A stretch of 48,373 nucleotides of DNA from Phoronis australis (Eukaryota > Animalia > Phoronida), in NCBI GenBank assembly GCA_002633005.1, contig NMRA01000822.1, forward strand, positions 84,268 to 132,640, written 5' to 3'. A program made the translations under genes and the position numbers. Positions 21,282 to 34,600 of this stretch are shown here, piece by piece (positions within the stretch are counted from its first letter, which is position 1; every line of letters begins with the position of its first letter). The notes below the pieces were generated by a model. It was not told the origin of the DNA and made no database searches. It saw nothing but the letters and a program-made list of their open reading frames with translations.

Positions 21282-24200
21282 GTAAGTTGTTAAGAAATCT
21301 GATTCATCGTAAAACTTCTTAGAAAGTATATAAGGCAAGATAGTAGAATACATTATTGTTGTCGATTCGTTGCATGGAATTGCGCATAACATAATTTTAC
21401 TTGTTTAGATCAAAAGGTTTGTCTCTGGAAAACGTTCAAAGCTGGGGAAACTCGTTCGAAAACCTTCTACAAGATAAAAGTACGTATCACGCCTGAGAGT
21501 TTTATTTTATATAGAAATTACGTAAGTACATATTCGTGTTAGAAATATTCTTTCGTTTAAACCAGTTTTACATGATCAGTGACGTTTTATCTCTCAACAA
21601 CTATAGACGTTAGTGTGTACTCGGTAAACACGTTAGGTTACCGTAACATGCCAGCGTCCCTCTATAATACAGAATATGCCACATTGAATAAATCGTGACG
21701 TAAGAGTTTTCCTTTACACTGTCTTGAGCACACAACTGATCTATCGCCAGGATTTTGAGTGACGGCTTAACTGACCATTTAGAACGCAGCATTATTGACG
21801 CACCTTCGTTTCCAAGCCGCCATTTTACCCGACAAACAACACGTTGCCGGGTAAAACTTATTGTTTGTTAGTCGACATTACGCAAGGGGGCGGAGCTTGC
21901 GATACATGTAGGTCAATTTCTAAACTCATCGTTTCTCTTGTCTCTTGCATGTACAATGTACGAGACTCAGAACCATTTCTTTTCGTTACAGAAGGTGTCA
22001 TGTATTTCAAAGGATTCTTGAAAGCAGAGCACAGCGAGGAAAACATGGAGTTCTGGGAAGCTTGCCAACACTTCAAAGAAACAAAAGCGAATAAGTTGGT
22101 TTCAAAAGCAAAGGAGATTTGTGACAAGTTTGTTAGAGAAGATGCGCCTAATATGGTAGGATGGTAACATGATTTTATCACAAATATCGTAGTATTAAAA
22201 ACAACGTATAAATGGATGGATATTCGACTGGAGTCGAGTGTAAAAGAACGAAGATGAAGTAATTTTTAGGACATCTTCACTATACGAATTGCTGCCTTCC
22301 CGGCGGCTCATTGACGATATTTTGACAACTAAGAGTGCGTCTGGAAAATTTTGTTGTCCAGTCATTTAAAGAGGGGGGCGCTTTCATATAGAAGCCGTCC
22401 TTTTGTAGAATGTTGTTCCCGAAAGACCACCATTTTGTAACACTTAAAGTCCTTCTATCACGCGTTGTTAACCCTTATTACATGGTTAGAAGATGTTATA
22501 AGGATCCAAGAAGTACCTAACCCATAACTTGCCGCGAACCCGGAAGTACAACTCATTCAGGAACCCAGGGCGAGAAAACGCCGTCAGTGCGACTGGAGCA
22601 GTGCCTGTACTGTAGCCAGCAAACGGGGATAAAAAAATCGACAGCGCGCCTTAATTTTGATAAAATCAAACTACGGACAATTTTATGGAATTTGCTGAAG
22701 AAATGTGGCGAATAAATTTTGACAGAAATTATTTTGCCAGACTCGGGACCGCAGCCTATCGGACCCGGTGCGGATCGAGACCAGACACCGGCGAACAGTA
22801 AATGCATGCGGTTGCAAGCTGTTTTGTCGAAGTAAAATGGTCAAATGATCAATGCTGCATATATTCAAGGGTAGTTTCAGACACTTGCATGAAATTACGG
22901 GCTGGTTAGTCCTGTGTCACACTGCCGCGACAGACCTTAGTTAGCCTCAGTCACCAGCTACCAGTGAAGACTATAGTCAAAATACAGCTTGTTAGTAGGC
23001 CTATACAGCTTTGCGCCAAGNNNNNNNNNNNNNNNNNNNNNNNNNNNNNNNNNNNNNNNNNNNNNNNNNNNNNNNNNNNNNNNNNNNNNNNNNNNNNNNN
23101 NNNNNNNNNNNNNNNNNNNNNNNNNNNNNNNNNNNNNNNNNNNNNNNNNNNNNNNNNNNNNNNNNNNNNNNNNNNNNNNNNNNNNNNNNNNNNNNNNNNN
23201 NNNNNNNNNNNNNNNNNNNNNNNNNNNNNNNNNNNNNNNNNNNNNNNNNNNNNNNNNNNNNNNNNNNNNNNNAAATACACTACATATGCAAACGAATCAC
23301 GATATATTACTAATAAAACAAAATAATGAAGACTTTTCGAGCAAGCCATAGCACATTCAGTTACAAGGAAAAAATGGCGGCGTTCAGGACAAGTTCCTGA
23401 ACTGATGAGCCGGAAATGTGGGTACGGAAATAACCGATAACAATCGGTAATCATACGCTCAGAGAGAAGGGTCAAATACTGTTAAAAATCGATTTTGGCA
23501 AGAAAGGCGAAAAGAATATAAAGAAAGGGTGTCGAAAATAAGAATTTATGAAGTAAGTATTTTCGGATACTGGAACCACATGGGCAGTTTGCAAGAAGGA
23601 CTTTAAACCTTTGGTAATGGTTCGTGAATATGTGAATTTTAGCAAAACCCGAGAGAAGACATGCCGGAGTACATCACGTTGAATTTAAGTTCTACAAATA
23701 TGGATTATATTAAAATGAATGCTGTGGATGGAAAAAGAACCTTTTGTAGAGTTTGCAGCTCACCGCACAATTGTGTCCGTTTTGTAATCAGGCATTGTCC
23801 GTAAAGGTATCCTTTTTAGGGAAACTAGTCATTGAAAGACACCCTTTTGAACGGCGTATGTCTCTTTTACCCCACGAGGGTTGCTTTTTGTCCTTTACAA
23901 ACGTGTCGAGATTTGGGGGCCAACTTCTCCGAAAATTCAAAATACGATTGTCATTCTGGATTTATCGGTCAACGAACAGTTATCGAATTCTTCAGTTCCA
24001 ACCATTATGCGCGTGCAGGCCACTGATGTAAATCCGCTTCACATCAAAGACACTGACTTTTCATTCATTTTCCCCGTATACAACTGGTTTCAACTTATCC
24101 CTTTCTCTGATCAGAAGTTGTCTCTGGGATTGAAAAGAACTGTCAATTTGTTAATGCTCGATAGAAGGCGCTACGCGCATGAAGTGACTCGCCACGACAA

Positions 24201-27200
24201 GGCAACATGTTGGAGTCTCAAGTAATAACCAAGTGTCAGCTCTTCACAAACCATGTAGTCACCTCAAATTTTAGCAAGGAACAAGTCGGGAGAAATTTAG
24301 TAATGGCAAATGGTATCAGTCAAAGTTATTTTTTACGAGATAGCGGGTTTAATGGTGTTTTTATCTTTTCAAGTTCGTGAACGATCACGCAATACCACTG
24401 ACCTTTGCCGTTTCATTAACATGATTTTTTCTCGTAGCCATGTTTTTTTTTCTCACGAGCAGCATATTTTCTTTATGCATCGTGATGTTTCTGTTTCAAC
24501 ACGCTGCTTTTCTCTTGAACGGTAGTTCTGTTTACTCTGACAGGAGGTAAATGTTGACTCTGTGGAGCATGCGTGGTACAGTATTCCAAATCTGCCTATA
24601 GATGACAACTCACGTAAGGCCAGGATTCCAGTGCATAAAAAAAGAAATAAAATTCTTGGCGAAAACGCTTGCTCGAGAAAGAAAGATTGCGTACTCCGAG
24701 TACAGCGGAAGACATGAAATGAAAGCCTCGGTTTAAAAATGTGACTCAGTATCTTCTGTCCTGGACGCATGCCATCCGTATTAAAGTTCTTAAAACCACC
24801 AATTCCATATCAAAAACACCAAAAGCCATCCCCACCAGTTGATCAGCTGTCAAATTGGAATATCCGCAAACACAAATTGAAGATATGTTAATTAGCTGGT
24901 TTCGTCGATTCATATACCACGTCGAATCGGGACAACATATCACAGCATTAGTCATCCTCCATTATGTTTAGTGTGAAATGTCGTCAGATGTTGCTGTGGT
25001 TTATTGTATAATAAAGAATGGCAAGGTAAATGGTTGTGACAGTTTAGTGTCTGAGGATGCTGTGGCTATTTCACTTTCCCACAGGACATCAGAGAAGTAC
25101 GGATATGGCACAAGTTTGAACTGTTGTTTTAGAAGAATGGACGACGATGTTATCAAAAAGTGTATAATTTGGCTGAGCATAAAAACGACGTCATAAACGA
25201 TGACATCAGAGAAAATATAAGACAATACCACAACATCTCCCCGCCGTACGAAATAACATCTGCTCGCTTCCTTTTCAACCTTTCCTACCTTAAGAATATG
25301 GGCCGCATAATTTAAAAATTATGCCGCCCATATTCGATGCCAGTTGAAGCCCTTGAGTTAGGTTGCGTTGAACTCGATGTTTTCTCCCCAGGTTGTTCTT
25401 CCTGTTGTCTCTGTGTGACATCGACAACATCTTTGTTGCCTATATCAACATCCAACAGTGATGGATGTTCTGAATTCCGGGATCATTGTCCTGACTCAGA
25501 AAAACATCTGGGTCTTAACTGGTCGACGTGACGATGCCGAATCGTTCCGTCGGGCATCACATTACTTTGACAGAACGTGATCCTAAAATTTGCGTTACAA
25601 CGGCGGGTGCCCATCTTGGATCCCTGCCCTGCTGGGCACCAAAACACAATGCATAGCATGGGATACCAACTCTATACTTGTGAATCTTTGATACCGCTAC
25701 CTCAAACCCAAAAGTTTTGGACTTCATTGCAAGTCGAGATTGTTTTCCTTGACACACATGAGCAGGTGAAGGCAGCAAACTATCCAGTTTGCATCGAATT
25801 TGCTTTCCATTAAAAGTTCGCTTGGAGAATATCCAGAATCTAGAGTCGACGATGCTACAACAAAAAATCCTGTAAAGCACCTTTTGGTGTTACTGAAGAT
25901 TTTCGCAGATTGTTTGAAAGTTTGAACTGGACGTTCTGCTGCACCGTTTGTAGTAGGATGATAAAGAGCTCCTGTGAGATATACAATACCTCGTTCTTGG
26001 CATCAATGCTGGAATTCTCCCGATTTAAAATTTGCTGCATTATCAGTCACCAACGTAAAATGACTACCAAAATGCGCGAACTCTTTTTCAAACAATTCTG
26101 TTGTTGTTTTCGTTGACAAAAATTTGTTGGAAGTATACGCGGGTACTTTGAACATGCATCTACCCTTACCAACCAATTGGTCCCAAAAAATTAATGGCAT
26201 GATAAACGTGAACACGGCTCCATGGCTTCTCTGGTAACATCCACGGATGAATAGCCGATTTTGGTGGTTTGTTCACCACAAGACGTACAATGACGTTCTT
26301 AGATATCTTTGTTAATGTGAGGCCAATAAACTACCGTCCGTGCAAGTTGCTTCATCTTTTGCACCCCAAATGCCCAATATGAAGCAAATCCAACTCTTAG
26401 TTTCGTAATCTTTTTAGAATAACTATTCGTGCACCATGAAACAGGTAACCGCTTTGTGTCGTCAGAGTTTCTCCTAACTTTCTATAGCATTTCAGTTCCT
26501 CAGACTCCATAAAACATGGCCATCCTTCTTTGACATACCGCATTGCCCTTGAAATATGAGAAATTTTTAAGGATTCCTTAGTGAGAAATTTGGAATTAAC
26601 AGTATTCAGTTGAAGGCTTATCTGTTTAACAGAACAAACGACATTCACGTCTGCTTGCTCTTCCTCCCTGTCAAATTGCGGATCATTACCACGTGGTAAA
26701 CACATTGTAAACGACTCGATGCATCTACATTCGAATGATCAGACGTCTTCCGATACTTTATTGAATATTCATACTGACTCACAAGTAATGCCCATCAGTC
26801 GATTAGGTGCTATTGCAGGAATTCCTTTAGTTGGTCCGAAAATAGAAACTAAAGGCTTGTGATCAGTAACCAATATGAATCGTCGCCGTAAAGAAAATGA
26901 TGAAATTTCTTCAGCGCAAAAACGATTGCAAGAGCCTCACGTTGAATTTTGCTGTATTTCCTTTTCGTGTCCGTGAGAGTCCTTGAAACATTAGCTATCG
27001 TTCGTTCACTTCCATCCGGATAGCTATGAAAAAGAACACCTCCAATCCCAACATTGGAAATTCCTAATTGTTTTGTCGGGTTAAAATGAACTGCGTCTAT
27101 ACATAGGATTTTTTAAACTTTGAAAAACTGAATTCTCCTCAGCACCCCATCTCCAAGGCACATATTTACGTGTTAGACGGTTGAGAGGATCAGTTAAAGT

Positions 27201-29153
27201 ATCTAATTTGGTCATGAATTTTCTATAGAACTGTTATGACCGAAGAAAAGAACGCAGATGATAAACATCTGACGGAGCTGGCATATTTAAAATAGCATCT
27301 ACCTTATTTCCCCTTTTAATGCCTTCATGAGAAAGCATTTGACCAAGCTATTCTACAGTCTTTTAGCCAAAAAGGCCTTTCTCCAAACGACATCTCATGC
27401 CATTATCTTGCAAGCGTTGAAGTAAACGTAGCAAGTTTTGTAGATGTTCATCAGAATTGCGACCGCTCACTAAAATACCATCTAAATATGTCTAAATATA
27501 CAACCACGCCATGTAAATCACTTGTTAATTTGTCCATAATATCCTGAAAATAACTAGCGGCTGAACTAATGCCAACTGATATCTTTTGTAGAAGAACCCC
27601 ACGATGTGTGGATAGTGCCAGACGTCTTTGACTTTCCGGTGTTAATTTAATCTGATTATACGCATGAGTTAAATTTTTTTGTGAAATAGAAGCCGCCACT
27701 GAGCCTTCGCATTAGATCTTCAAGATGGGGTATTGGCTGACCGTGAGTTTCAAGTTGAGGATTTATCGTTACTGAGTAATCTCCACATACTCTTAACTTC
27801 CGTTTATTTTGTCCAGGAAGCGGTGCTTTTGTTACAGGGACAACAACTCGTTGAATTGTGTTGGTTCTCAAACTCCATGTTTGACACCAGCCTCATACGC
27901 CTGATTCAAGATATCCAGTAATGCAGAAGGTACTATGCGAGGTTTGCAGAATATCGGTTGGACATCGGGCTAAGAATCACTTCTCAATTCGTCATGACTA
28001 ACAGCACCAATTCTGTCCCGTTGGTTGTCCTGACACAAAACGGGAATCTTACAGAGAACATTGACATCAATTCATAGTTGTCGAACTGCCGTTCGGCCAA
28101 CAACATTTAAATCGTGTTTGCTAACTACCATTTCAATTTTTGTACTATGTTGCAAGTTAGGCTATAACTTTGCATCTGCAACGAAAATTCCAAAGACCGG
28201 TAATGGTTTTCCATTTACTATGTAATACCGACTGTGTAATAGAGACGGTTTCCCTAACTTGACCCAAACCATCTCTGAAATGAAATTGTCCGATGATCCA
28301 GTGTAAACGTCAAGAATCTGATTCTTGTCTCAAATGTGCACAACAACCTGAATTGGATCCCGGTCCGAAATATAAGTAACCTTTTGTATATGTCTTGCTA
28401 AAATACTGCTCACTTTGGCCTCTTCATCTCTTATTTTACTTAGACATACTGCCTCTTTATGACCTTTCTTGTGACAGAAACGATATCCAGCCATTTTAAA
28501 CTGACAATCAGTTGTGAATTGATATCTTTCCACAACGGGAACAAATACCTTTCGGAAAATCTCTTTTGGATGCCGACAATGTAGTTACTTGTTTAAAAAA
28601 ACAGTTAAATGGTGGCTTTAAGCACTTTCGTTAGCGTACGCAGCAGGAACGAGAGACGGTGTAACGAGAAAGTGAGGGAGTTCGCCGAACTGCGCGTGTC
28701 ATACATGCATGTATCTTTGAATGACAACATACGGGCCCGCTATTCAGTGAATTTCTTGGATTATCCATTCAAATACGAATAAACCGGACACCGAGTCCAA
28801 CCGTATAAACTGACTATCGAGTTACTTTTGGTAACGAATTGACCTGATGACGAACTGCCGCGGAGACAAATTGTCGCGGTGACAAATTGCGTAAGAGACA
28901 AATTCACAGCGCTTTGACCAAATAAGGACCGCATATCATTAGATATGGAAAATGAATGTGCTGTAAACCTATTTTGTAGATTAACTTGGACTCTGGCACA
29001 CGACAGGATACTTTGACCAAGTCCTCCAACCCAGACGTACGAACATTCGATCTGGCACAACGTAAAATACAAGCTATGTTGAAGAACGATTCGTATCCAC
29101 GATTTCTGGGATCTGCTGTATACAAAAATCTTCTCACCAGTGCTACCAAATAA
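21265..29153 (+). CDS. Small RGS-domain protein (regulator of G-protein signalling, R4-like architecture), 141 aa; join(21265..21281,21409..21479,21992..22155,28980..29153)
   Basis: Spliced product: MPLFSKSKGLSLENVQSWGNSFENLLQDKKGVMYFKGFLKAEHSEENMEFWEACQHFK...KAKEICDKFVREDAPNMINLDSGTR...FDLAQRKIQAMLKNDSYPRFLGSAVYKNLL. RGS hallmarks present: W..SF..LL, SEEN.EFW..C, INLD, DSYPRF. Intron phases 2,1,0. Confidence 0.93.
21409..21479 (+). CDS. RGS-A exon 2
   Basis: SKGLSLENVQSWGNSFENLLQDK; tttag| and |gtacgt. Confidence 0.9.
21992..22155 (+). CDS. RGS-A exon 3
   Basis: GVMYFKGFLKAEHSEENMEFWEAC...EDAPNM; ttacag| and |gtagga. Confidence 0.95.
22448..23602. mobile_element. Kolobok-like non-autonomous DNA transposon
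   Basis: TTAA on both flanks (22444-47, 23603-06); TIR AGTCCTTCT / AGAAGGACT with purine-purine termini. Confidence 0.65.
24989..25235 (-). repeat. 3' LTR (247 bp) of the Gypsy element
   Basis: Minus strand reads TGTTG...AATAAA...CAACA, directly preceded by the purine tract GGCGGGGAGA. Confidence 0.8.
24989..28590 (-). mobile_element. Decayed, 5'-truncated Ty3/Gypsy LTR retrotransposon (Mag-like) in RGS-A intron 3
   Basis: Frameshifted domains in Gypsy order: zinc knuckle (FCHKKGHKEAVC), protease (LDVYTGSSDNFIS), RT (LRVCGDYSVTINPQLE, AYNQIKL, VVYLDI), RNase H (FHSYPDGSERTIA, LVTDHKPL), integrase (LVTDNAANFKS, RRHVDQLRPR), then the polypurine tract and 3' LTR. Confidence 0.93.
28980..29153 (+). 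CDS. RGS-A exon 4
   Basis: INLDSGTRQDTLTKSSNPDVRTFDLAQRKIQAMLKNDSYPRFLGSAVYKNLLTSATK*; tttgtag| acceptor. Confidence 0.95.
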   Translation: MNLDSGTRQDTLTKSSNPDVRTFDLAQRKIQAMLKNDSYPRFLGSAVYKNLLTSATK

Positions 29154-29333
29154 GTTGTAATATAAACTAAGATAACTGAGTGATTGTCGAGGACATATGA
29201 TGGTACTCGCTGTTGCACGATATCTGAGACAACTGGCTCAGGTGTAAAAAGAATGTAATGGAACTATGTAAAGACTAATTTGAAAGATAAATACAACCCT
29301 TAACCGTCTAGTGTTTCAGTACTTGGGGTGGCT

Positions 29334-29339
29334 AATAAA
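29334..29339 (+). terminator. Candidate polyadenylation signal of RGS-A
   Basis: AATAAA 180 bp after the stop codon. Confidence 0.45.
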
Positions 29340-29469
29340 CATGTCAAAATCAATGTAGAGCTCGGGCTAAGTGATAAAAATAATTGCAGGTGGTCTGGTA
29401 CGTTGTACCTATCTCACCTACCTCACTTGGTCACACTGCCTCCTCGGATAAGTGGTATACTGAATGAAC

Positions 29470-30625
29470 TGACCTGTGTGTGTGTTCCTTTTATGGATGG
29501 GACGGCATGATGATGAGCGAACTTTCAGACAGATCCAACTACCGGAGTGCCCCCTACTGGCAATTTTAGTTTTTTTTTACGCTAACCTGTGTATCTTCAA
29601 AGGTCCTCAACGTATTTTCATAAAATTTGGTATATAGGCTTCTATTATTGAGATGACGCTATCTTCCCGTTTTCGGATGGATTCGACGTAGTTTGCGCCA
29701 CCTAGTGGTCATTTTCACTGTTTTCGAGCCCTATATCGACCAAACCCTCTAAGGATAATTGTGAAAATTGGCATGTATGTTTTTACTATAAAGAGGACGG
29801 CTTATGATGATTTTCCGACGACTTTGACTGCTGTGGCGCCTCCTAGTGGCAGTTTTGTTTTGCGCCCATGGCTGTATCTCCTACACCGTTTGCAGGATCT
29901 TTACTAAATTTAGCAAGTGTATTATATGATGTTGACAATGGACAAACACGACTTTTGGACGGATCTGACTACCGGCGTGCCCCCTAGTGGTTATTTTATT
30001 TTTTACATTTACCTCTGTATCTTCAAAGGTCCTTAATAGATTTTCATAAAAATTGGATTATAAGCATCTATTAGTGAGATGACGCTGTTCTCCTGTTTTC
30101 GGATAGAATCGAGGTATTTTGCACGACCTGGTGGCTATTTTTGCTGTTTTTGAGTCTACCCTCTATCAACCGAACCATTCTAAGGATGATTTTGAAAATT
30201 GGTGTAGATGTTCTCAGTGTGAAGAGGACCGGTAGCGCCTCCTAGTGGTAGTTTTGTTTTGTTTTGCGCCTATAGCTGTATCTCCTAAATCCTTTGCAGG
30301 ATCTTTATTAAATATAGTAAGTTCATTTATATGAAGTTAACAGCAGACGACGATGACTTAGGTGGATCCTACGAATGCTATGCCCCCTAATGGCAATTTC
30401 GTTTTTTCTGTTTTCTTTTCTCTGGAGTTCCTTGACAGATTTTTATGAAATTTGGTTAACAGCTTTCTATTAAAGAAGCGATGACATGTTCCTAGTTTCG
30501 GATGGATTGGACGTTTTTGCGCTATCTAGTGGCCGTTTTATTATACAAATAAACAACCCTAGAAGCCCCCCCCCCGTTTGCGGTGCATTCGTGGACGCAT
30601 TTCAACGCTTCCCGTTGCTCTTGTT
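29470..30625. mobile_element. Dispersed element with internal higher-order tandem repeats (Helentron/HINE-like), copy between RGS-A and RGS-B
   Basis: Units begin at ~29521, 29952 and 30357, each built from ~145-bp subunits. The terminal CCGTTTGCGGTGCATTCGTGG...CTCTTGT is shared with the copy at 41170-42900. Confidence 0.75.
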
Positions 30626-30829
30626 ATTATTTTTAGTGTCAGACTACCAGGCAAAATATAAATTTGCCCCAATCTGTAAACTCACTTAGCGCGATTGTGT
30701 CGGGAATCTTTGTTCACTTCCCCGAGCCAAATGTATTACAGCTTTTTCGAATCCCCGAAAACATAAAAGGTCCAGGTACGCCTCTGGCCATAGCGACCAC
30801 GTTTAACTTGTCACCTTCGGGATTGCGAA

Positions 30830-31680
30830 AAAAGCGATAAGTGACGGCTTCATACGTATGTCGTTGTGACGTCTTAAGTGCGATATACTGTACGTCTACT
30901 GGCATGGCGATGGTGGACGGGTATATTAATTTTCCCATCGATTTGTGATGATAAGAATGTGAATTTTGATATGTTCAGATAAAGATTGTTTTCGTTGTGG
31001 TTTATATTTCACATCTAATTTCATTGAAAAATTTCTCGTGCAGATGTCAGGACAGACTTTGCTTTGAAGAGCCGAGATGAGCGAAAATGACGACTTTAAA
31101 AGACCATTTAAATGCGAGCTTTTGCAAGTAAATGAATGGGCGCATAATCGCTATCAAGAAAAAGTGAAGACTTATGTAGTACGAGTTCAGCGAGGTCGCT
31201 TGTACGTGTTTTTAGAAATTTCACAAGTCGAACAGTTACGTAAATCTCGTTTTANAAAAGCGATAAGTGACGGCTTCATACGTATGTCGTTTTGACGTCT
31301 TAAGTGCGATATACTGTACGTCTACTGGCATGGCGATGATGGACGGGTATATTAATTTTCCCATCGATTTGTGATGATAAGAATGTGAATTTTGATATGT
31401 TCAGATAAAGATTGTTTTCGTTGTGGTTTATATTTCACATCTAATTTCATTGAAAAATTTCTCGTGCAGATGTCAGGACAGACTTCGCTTTGAAGAGCCG
31501 AGATGAGCGAAAATGACGACTTTAAAAGACCATTTAAATGCGAGCTTTTGCAAGTAAATGAATGGGCGCATAATCGCTATCAAGAAAAAGTGAAGACTTA
31601 TGTAGTACGAGTTCAGCGAGGTCGCTTGTACGTGTTTTTAGAAATTTCACAAGTCGAACAGTTACGTAAATCTCGTTTTA
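30830..31680. other. 425-bp direct duplication across a single N (probable unmerged haplotype overlap)
   Basis: 30830-31254 vs 31256-31680 differ at about 3 bases; the junction falls exactly at N31255. Confidence 0.8.
31513..31553 (+). CDS. RGS-B candidate exon 1 (MTTLKDHLNASFCK); identical copy at 31087..31127
   Basis: aaaATG context; ends CTTTTGCAA|gtaaat, mirroring RGS-A CTTTTCCAA|gtaagt; phase 2 fits the acceptor at 35838. An alternative in-frame ATG at 35815 cannot be excluded. Confidence 0.55.
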
Positions 31681-34600
31681 CCGACAAACTGAGCTAGTGT
31701 TTCTCGTCAGTTTAGCCTACATAAACAGTCAATTTTTGCTGTTAAAAACATCCACTTTCTTTACAGATGCATTTTGCTCTTCCGTTATTGTCCTTTTTGT
31801 GAGGTAAACATTTATTAATTCAAACAACAAGTACATACCTGTACAGCAATATGAAATGTAATCAAGTACATCAAACAAATTAAACCACTATACCCTAAAA
31901 AACTTATTACTATGCAAAAACAAGACCACCTTGTCTGAAATTTCTCAGGAGCCAAATTATTATAATAAATAACTTTTTCCAGGTTGAGGTAATCAATAAA
32001 AATGACTGATATTTAGGCTTAGGGTTTTGCAATCTTTGCCTATAGAAATGAAATTTCCTGAGCAAAGAATTATATTTACAACTTTCAATCTACAGGGTGG
32101 ATCTCCAAACAAGGCGGTAGACACATTTTGCTGCAGAGGGACATCGCACTGATTTATCATCTATGTTTTTAAACAACTTCAAAAAACGCGAACAAGTGAA
32201 CATTCCCAATACAAATGTAGAATTGTTTCTTCGTGATGCTCACAGAACTAACCACAAAGGTTGGTACATAGGGTCATCTACATCACGCAGATTGTAACCA
32301 GAATAATTAGCAAACTGATCAAGAAGATTAAGTGATAATTTTAAAGAGGTCTCTGAACCATCTAGAAAGAGGGCCTATTGCATTAATTTACACTCTACAG
32401 AGCCTAATTTTATGCCTTTAACATTCTCGCATTTCCTCAACATAGGGCCATACTTTCGGCACACAACAAAAAGATAAGGTGGCAGCAGATCTCCTTGTCT
32501 GCAACTTGGGCCAATGTTAAAGTAGTTAGATACAAAGCCATACTAAATGACCAAAAGTTGGACATTTTCATTGAGTACTGTGAAGCAAAGAATAATATCG
32601 TCATCAAAATTGAGATAGTGTAGAACTTTCCTGAGAAATCACAAGGAAATCAACTAACACCAGACGTCTTGACTTGAGTATATTGTAAGATATCATTAAT
32701 CACTCTAGTGTTCTCCGATGAAACGACCGGGGATAAACCCAGTTTGATTAGGATAAATTTATGTATTTAAGACAGGTTTTATCCTTTGGGCAATACATGC
32801 TGATAACTTATATCTTGACTATAGTGAAAAATCGGTTTCCAATTTTTAATATATTCACGTGAATTCTTGCCCGTAGGAATCGAGGTAATGACATCTTGAT
32901 ACAAAGTGATCAAAAATGGCGATATCTCTTTCCAAAAAACTTGTAACATCCTACAGGAAAACCGTCGGTTCCCAGAGTTTTTCTGAGTCACTGAAATATT
33001 TGGAGGGCTTTTCACTATTCTCGACCCATTTCACCCAGGACCTCAGCATCAAGCTTTGTCTTTTCTAATTTCCTCGTATTTTTTCTGCACATCCGATGAA
33101 TTTCAAAGAGCAGAGCAGAATTATTGTTGCTAACATTTCATTGATAAGACTTAATTGATCCTCTAAATTAGAGTTTCATGCCGATGTTTTTCTTTTTTCT
33201 TTAAAGCTGAATGAGACAACATATAATTTCTAATATCATTCAATAGAATCATCTCAAGAAGAAGAGAGTCATCTATAGTCGACTGACCGTCTGACAAATT
33301 GGAGTCATTATCAGGAGTTAAATATTCCGTTATTATCCTTTGTGTGATTTAATTACAAACAATCGCCTGTAATTCCCCTAGGCCACACTGCTTTGAGCAT
33401 TGAAATAAATGATACCGTAACGAACAACAGTTAATATTCCTGGGGCCTGTCTCGTGAAAGGTGAACTTAAGACTTTAAGTCAGAAATTTGGGTTTTTGCT
33501 CTACTAGACAAAAACCAAGTAAATGTAAAGTCATGTAATTGTTGGCACATTACTGTCTCGAAATAATTTGTACAGAATTTTTCAATATTAAATGTAGCAC
33601 TTATTACCATATTCCCCGAAACGTTGTTTTTTTTTTGGTGAAGCGGATTTTTATTTTGGTTTCAGAAATACTTATATGTATAGTCAGACCAAAGTTCTGT
33701 CTCGTAGTCATAGTCAATGTTCATGAAACAGTATGTAGAGCTACAGCAATCTGTCGTCTCTTCACAAGACAAAGTCATCGATAATCTAACGAACAAGACG
33801 AGAACAATTTTATTACAGTAAGTGTTTAAGGGGCCTAAATCCCAAAACTTTGTTTTTGTACAGAATGCACGTTTTTTTTCCTTTTCAAACAGTGATCAAA
33901 GAACAAACCGTATGCGTTGACCCAGATAACACACTGCCTAGCAGCGGTAAACTGGTTCCATTTTTGGGCGATTTGCTGCTTCTTTGAGTAAGTCACTTTC
34001 CCAGTCCGAGATAAATGACATAAAATATTTCTCACATCAGGTTAAAATTGAAATTGTGAATTAAGGTGTAAAACTCAAGTGGAATGGCGCAGTGGAGCAT
34101 TCTTGGGTTTAGTGCATGTCTGAAGGAGAGTGTGAAATGTACGCAGAGCTCGTTTCCCAGTCTCCATTGATTGTTTTTTAGCATGGCACTGGTGTCAATT
34201 TTTATGAAATCGAAAGTTAGACATGGGCAAAATGAAATTCTAGAGGCGGTTATGATTCTCTCGTAAGTTTTACTTTTGGCACCCGCCCATTTTTTTACAA
34301 ATTGCACAGACGCGCCACTGGTGACAATCTGGAAGACGAAAATGATTTATTTACATTCGTAAACAAATGTCATTGTAATCTTCACATCAGTTCTTTTAAT
34401 TTATGTATTTGTGTATAATAATTGTATATAGATTTCTTTTGTATTTTTTAACCCAGATACAATGCCTCTTGGCGCTTTCTGGGTATGTATATTTATTGTA
34501 CTGAATATTTCATATTAAACAAATAAAATTCTGGAAGACGTGACATCACAAACGAATGAGACATAGATGAGGTAGTTACAACGTTGCTCTTGCTTCACTG

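Noticed and set aside
31077-31697. Duplicated ORFs MSENDDFKRPFKCELLQ in the ORF track
   Set aside because: Products of the N-joined duplication. The frame that splices to RGS-B is a different one (MTTLKDHL...).
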